Assembly: GCA_947585215.1 (NCBI GenBank)
Contig: CANPWY010000002.1
Coordinates: 1-56,373 of the forward strand
Source of the DNA: an uncultured Clostridia bacterium
GTDB taxonomy: Bacteria > Bacillota > Clostridia > Oscillospirales > JAAYOS01
Direction: 5' to 3'
Length of the DNA: 56,373 bases
Part shown: positions 53,201 to 56,373 of the stretch, piece after piece
Layout: each line of letters opens with the position of its first letter
Position numbering within the stretch: position 1 is the stretch's first letter
Notes under the pieces: generated by a model
Seen by the model: the letters and a program-made list of their open reading frames with translations, nothing else
Told to the model about the DNA's origin: nothing
Databases searched by the model: none
Program-made: the position numbers and the translations under genes

Positions 53201-53368
53201 CCACGAATTTTCGGGAACGTCGCTGTACAGCTTCGCGCCCTGCTCCGTGGCGGTGGTCGCCTTCTCGGTGTCGGCGGCGGTCGTGGTACCGTTCGCCGCG
53301 AAGGCTGCGGGCGCCATCGATACGACGAGGCACACAGCCAGCAGAAGGCTTAACATCCTTTTTTTCAT
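50279..53368 (-). CDS. large SLH-domain cell-surface protein (1029 aa)
   Basis: Signal peptide ending AAFA. Three N-terminal SLH repeats: YSDVPENSWFYESV..., FPDVPVNTWYTGAV..., FTDTASLSESYMDAL... The remainder is a long region of unknown function. Confidence 0.85.
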   Translation of the reverse strand: MKKRMLSLLLAVCLVVSMAPAAFAANGTTTAADTEKATTATEQGAKLYSDVPENSWFYESVDTVTKSGYFNGYADGTFKPSDAMTRAMFVTVISRMAKAETDNSVTKFPDVPVNTWYTGAVTWANENGIVLGRSETVFDPNTAITRIEMCIIMSRYVKYLAAETGKTPEASKETKTFTDTASLSESYMDALTNCVAYGLIGGYADGTFKPNNGATRAEVATVVARFAAKTEEKKPDTSGGGYYYPSTPSGPSEPSLDSFTVTYDMPNGGHSITRTETQKETGADVTHTVLSWDTYVKDPVAGNPEAPVNEAFANWVDKNNAEKKYTAGDVITLTGNVTLVPQFVNTEDLLFAAMQNAEQNAKGWFNGKHLAVENDPDAKAALTYGNVTLDRVAVTGTDTDTAANTRNIYVDGSASIQGLTMENKIVEIAAQIASGALGEEAAKDVSYYREQLTKLVEDVAEAIGAPIDGSGVRAIVDSLYTWGAQQARNKILAGCGLTDAISEMTVEVNGASAKITVDETTHALTLDGDKTTVAKNLGVALAKELYKSAQENNTQDYTSDVKMGATIELEFKTVSVKNLDKYPYKYDVVVALTLSDEGKVLSYKHVAGADYIKVTIPTSVQGNYSAEINTVVESFMKSKAFTDKISGVESSIVKDASFKQLIDAIAQFNNTTDKTAATTQVTTAISSWITANLNSTDLNNNVLYEHYWGPNANTGNLADKLDNSAFYGTTATDAGLIGEVTKGAVSYFNTEMTRLKSDFANGRPAMEAMFDGFVETIFGDENNKTPLADFEDAITSFLGLINSQSQSGSATSGGLNFDVLDELDPAISNFVYAAIIDDHWGNNVEKTNCYVAMTEVLDETIGDQLDHQLEGKVNGVELGTVLGELAGLGSIESIANLTVEELITTLDNITKLASTGTAGGGDGTSLIDKYGQSIISYIKRGANALANRNVEVTVKFGGTINTEKTLTKQALEDIAKQPQTKLLDFLKAIQDLKLAELKLNYFDEDFCTITVTSGNSNTPITVVPVIEIP

Positions 53369-53450
53369 GTGCTGCTCTACTCCTTCCTTTTGTGAGGTTC
53401 ATTGCGAACCCCTGTTGTATTCCTCGGCGGGTTTCCCCGCCGTTGAGGAC

Positions 53451-54710
53451 TTAGTTGCCGAACAATGCGTCAAGGATAGCTCCGAGGTCTTCGTCAGTAA
53501 AGCCGCTGTCCAGCACGCCTTGGTTTACTAGTGCGTCTCTGTTTCCGGACAAAGCGTTCATTGCAGAGAAGTAACCGTTCAGATCCTCTGCGTAAGCCCC
53601 CGAGTCTTTATACTCGGCCATTCCGTCTGAGCCATCGATGTCTGATAACATTCCGAAAATAATACTAATAGCATCGGTAGGATTGGTGAGCTCGCGCAAT
53701 GCTTGTGATTGCTTGTCATAGTATTCCTTTACCGTCATTGTTTCTCCGTTATAGGTAATGTTTGAACTTTTACCTATGTCAGAGTTGGCATAGCCGGTTG
53801 CGATACCATAGGTCGCGGCCATCATAGCAAGCAGATTGTCGTTCCCGAAATCCTTCCACTTTTGAGTCTTGTTAATTACATCGTCAGCGGTCAGACCGGC
53901 GGAGGCATCAGCCACGTTCATCACGACAGCGTTTGTCAGCGCCTGCAAATATGCATCGTTGTCCCCGGCGTAGTCTTCCTTTTTCAGGCCCAAGGATTCC
54001 AGATAGTCTGCGCCAAGCAATCCTTCAAGTTGTTCGGGAGTACCGCCGGTAACCAGAACGCCTTTCAGCGCCTGAACCACATTGTCCACCTCGCCCAGAA
54101 GCTCGGGCATAGACATCTCGGTGCCAAATGAAGAGTTGCCGAAACTATCTTTGTCCACGTTGTCAAGAGTGTACTCAACGGTTTCTCCACCCGGAAGCTC
54201 AACCTCAACAGTTGTCTTCCCGTTCTTTACAACCGGAGGTTTCATCTTCATACCGGTTTTAGTTGTAATCGACCCATCGTCAAGCATTCCGTAGAAGCCG
54301 CCCAGGCCACGGCTGTAGCCAAGACCCTTATAGACTTTGAACGGCGTGTTCTGGTTCCCCTCGAAGTACTTCAGGAACGCAGTGTTCAGAGCATCATTTC
54401 CTGCGCTTACGTCGTCAGACCATACTTCGGTCAACTTGTAATCATCGGTCAGAGCGGCCCCGGCCGCCTCCGGCAGCCCATCATTGTACCCCACGTCGTA
54501 CAGCGCGGAGGTAAACGACTCGTTCACCGCACCGAGCAGCGCGAGGTCCGCAGCCTCGTTGGCCTTGGTGATGTAGCCGGTGTACACCGGGTAAGCGACG
54601 CCGGCGAGTACCGCAAGAATCGCGATGACGACGATGAGCTCGACGAGCGTGAAGCCCCACGTCCTGCGCTTCTCTCCTGCGGCGGAAGACCTTGTCCTGT
54701 TCTCTTCCAA
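53451..54710 (-). CDS. large type IV pilin paralog 1 (about 419 aa)
   Basis: TTG start preceded by AAAGGAG. MEENRTRSSAAGEKRRTWG/FTLVELIVVIAILAVLAGVAYPVYTGYITKA. Conserved C-terminal DLGAILDALFG. Confidence 0.75.
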   Translation of the reverse strand: MEENRTRSSAAGEKRRTWGFTLVELIVVIAILAVLAGVAYPVYTGYITKANEAADLALLGAVNESFTSALYDVGYNDGLPEAAGAALTDDYKLTEVWSDDVSAGNDALNTAFLKYFEGNQNTPFKVYKGLGYSRGLGGFYGMLDDGSITTKTGMKMKPPVVKNGKTTVEVELPGGETVEYTLDNVDKDSFGNSSFGTEMSMPELLGEVDNVVQALKGVLVTGGTPEQLEGLLGADYLESLGLKKEDYAGDNDAYLQALTNAVVMNVADASAGLTADDVINKTQKWKDFGNDNLLAMMAATYGIATGYANSDIGKSSNITYNGETMTVKEYYDKQSQALRELTNPTDAISIIFGMLSDIDGSDGMAEYKDSGAYAEDLNGYFSAMNALSGNRDALVNQGVLDSGFTDEDLGAILDALFGN

Positions 54711-54880
54711 AATCGATCCACTCCTTTCGGTTTTATCCTTCCCGAGAAGGGCCGCGCGCCGTATGGCGCGCTCCCCCGAGGGTAAGAATATACGGGTGGA
54801 ACGGTTTCTGTCGCAGAACTTTTTCTTCCGCGCGATTTTGTCCCTGCGGCGCGCGAAACGCGCGCCGCAGAACGCTTTCA
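54470..54880. repeat. duplicated roughly 410-bp block (pilin 5' coding part plus upstream leader), copy 1
   Basis: Near-identical to 55957-56368. Covers the upstream leader with GC hairpins, the RBS and about the first 80 codons. Confidence 0.8.
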
Positions 54881-54943
54881 CTGCGCCTCCGCCGCATTTT
54901 GACGGCTTAATGTGACGGCTTAAAAATCAAAGGGACTTTGGAC

Positions 54944-56197
54944 TTAGTTGCCGGAGCCAAAGAGTGCGTCAAGGATAGCGCCAAGATCATCGTCCGCAAA
55001 TCCTTCTGCGTTGTTCACAACATTGTTTCCGGATTCAAGCGTATCTCTATTATTTTTAATAGCATCCAATGCGCCCAGATATCCTTCGATATCCGCTTCT
55101 CCGGCAGCTGCGTAATATTTTCTATAACCATCGCTTTCTATCATAGTACCCAGCATAGTTTGAATGGCCTGAAGCGCATCGAATCCTGTCTTACCGCTAA
55201 AGGTAGCAGTCTGCTGTTTATAATACTCTGCTGCGGTCATGGTTTCTCCGCCAAAGTTAAACTCCTGCGTCTTGCCGATTTCAGAATTAGCAAATCCGGT
55301 AGCCAAAGCGTAACCCAGCGCTAATTGAGCGGCCGTATTATTCAAATTTTTCGTATCAAGGCTAACACTGTATTTCGTTGTCCATGCGTCAGCTATACTT
55401 TTCGCATTAAACCCACCATCAAAGGAAGCATCAGCCACACCAAGGACCATAGCGTTTCCGAGCTTCTTATAGTAATCCGGGTCGTTTGCGTCTAACGACA
55501 CACCCAATGCGTCAGCAAACTTAGATGCATAACTGGAAAAAGGAGAGGGCGGCTTCATGAAATTCGCAAAAGTCTCTGCCACGTTATCAATGTCTTTCAT
55601 AAGTCCGCTGGCAGTCATATTCTGACCAAAGGTTGACGCACTGTAGGCTTCCATTGACGTGTTGTTAAGGGTATATTCATACTCGTTGCCCTCGTCATCT
55701 GTCACGGTGTAAGTCACTGTGCCGTTTCCGTTGTCCTTAGGTTTCATCTTCCAACCGTTCGAAAGAGCTATCGTACCGTCGGAAAGCTTTCCATAGAAGC
55801 CGCCCAAGGTGCGGTCGTAGCCAAGCCCCGTATAGACCTTGAACTCCGTGTTCTCGTTGCCCGCGAAGTATTTCATGAACGCTTCGTTCAGGCCGTCTAT
55901 GCCATCAGACGATACTTCGGACAACTTTTTCTCGGTCAGAGTTGCCTCTGCTGTCTCCGGCAGCCCATCATTGTACCCCACGTCGTACAGCGCGGAGGTG
56001 AACGACTCGTTCACCTGACCGAGCAGCGCGAGGTCCGCGGCCTCATTGGCCTTGGTGATGTAGCCGGTGTACACCGGGTAAGCGACGCCGGCGAGTACCG
56101 CAAGTATCGCGATGACGACGATGAGCTCAACGAGTGTGAAGCCCCACGTCCTGCGCTTCTCTCCTGCGGCGGAAGACCTTGTCCTGTTCTCTTCCAA
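54944..56197 (-). CDS. large type IV pilin paralog 2 (about 417 aa)
   Basis: Same leader, TTG start and N-terminal 80 aa as paralog 1. Divergent central region. C-terminal DLGAILDALFG. Confidence 0.75.
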   Translation of the reverse strand: MEENRTRSSAAGEKRRTWGFTLVELIVVIAILAVLAGVAYPVYTGYITKANEAADLALLGQVNESFTSALYDVGYNDGLPETAEATLTEKKLSEVSSDGIDGLNEAFMKYFAGNENTEFKVYTGLGYDRTLGGFYGKLSDGTIALSNGWKMKPKDNGNGTVTYTVTDDEGNEYEYTLNNTSMEAYSASTFGQNMTASGLMKDIDNVAETFANFMKPPSPFSSYASKFADALGVSLDANDPDYYKKLGNAMVLGVADASFDGGFNAKSIADAWTTKYSVSLDTKNLNNTAAQLALGYALATGFANSEIGKTQEFNFGGETMTAAEYYKQQTATFSGKTGFDALQAIQTMLGTMIESDGYRKYYAAAGEADIEGYLGALDAIKNNRDTLESGNNVVNNAEGFADDDLGAILDALFGSGN

Positions 56198-56368
56198 AAT
56201 CGATCCACTCCTTTCGGTTTTATCCTTCCCGAGAAGGGCCGCGCGCCGTATGGCGCGCTCCCCCGAGGGTAAGAATATACGGGTGGAACGGTTTCTGTCG
56301 CAGAACTTTTTCTTCCGCGCGATTTTGTCCCTGCGGCGCGCGAAACGCGCGCCGCAGAACGCTTTCAC
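55957..56368. repeat. duplicated roughly 410-bp block, copy 2
   Basis: Near-identical to 54470-54880. The two tracked ORFs share an identical 57-aa upstream pseudo-translation. Confidence 0.8.
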
Positions 56369-56373
56369 GGCAC

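Noticed and set aside
46947-53353. Long plus-strand ORFs (46947-48644, 48905-50926, 51251-53353) in the pilus region
   Set aside because: They are mirror frames of pilC/pilT, pilB and the SLH protein, all of which have strong motif support on the minus strand.

Overview
GC-rich, Clostridia-like chromosomal segment. All calls come from reading the ORF track and the sequence; no database search was run.

Left third (1-20.5 kb), mostly ordinary genes:
- a partial radical SAM gene, a nitroreductase, an HxlR regulator and a MATE efflux gene with a terminator-containing leader
- a radical SAM/SPASM maturase next to a 72-aa ACGX/CX3D-repeat precursor peptide
- an MBOAT plus SGNH-like acylation pair
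- a GH13 lipoprotein, a CUT1-type sugar ABC transporter and a GH53 galactanase

Centre (20.6-37.6 kb), the most unusual part:
- A tandem array of 15 small genes, plus one orphan at 36.3 kb. Each encodes a double-glycine (GG) leader peptide. The cores fall into four families: a 4-Cys scaffold, a zinc-ribbon-like CPxCG pair, a Cys-free charged type and a 5-Cys type.
- A membrane histidine kinase and a LytTR response regulator follow the array.
- Next comes an apparent operon in which a STAS protein and a dCache-HAMP-PP2C-kinase fusion (a partner-switching module) sit directly upstream of an NHLP-type three-component exporter: a short HlyD-like adaptor, a C39-peptidase ABC protein and a second ABC protein.
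- A methyltransferase-STAS fusion, the orphan GG peptide and a PAP2 phosphatase close the locus.
- An 82-bp promoter region with LytTR-like 21-bp-spaced direct repeats occurs twice, ahead of the array and ahead of the methyltransferase-STAS gene.
- The C39-ABC gene carries a single in-frame TAA, and one peptide gene is frameshifted at a G7 tract.

Right third (37.7-56.4 kb), a type IV pilus cluster on the minus strand:
- Two tandem roughly 418-aa pilins share a duplicated 5' region.
- An SLH surface protein sits upstream of PilB, PilT, PilC, a major pilin and PilD.
- A giant PilM-PilN fusion and a PilO-like protein complete the assembly genes.
- The minor pilins include one fused to a CHAP peptidoglycan-hydrolase domain.

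No rRNA, tRNA, CRISPR array or transposase was seen.
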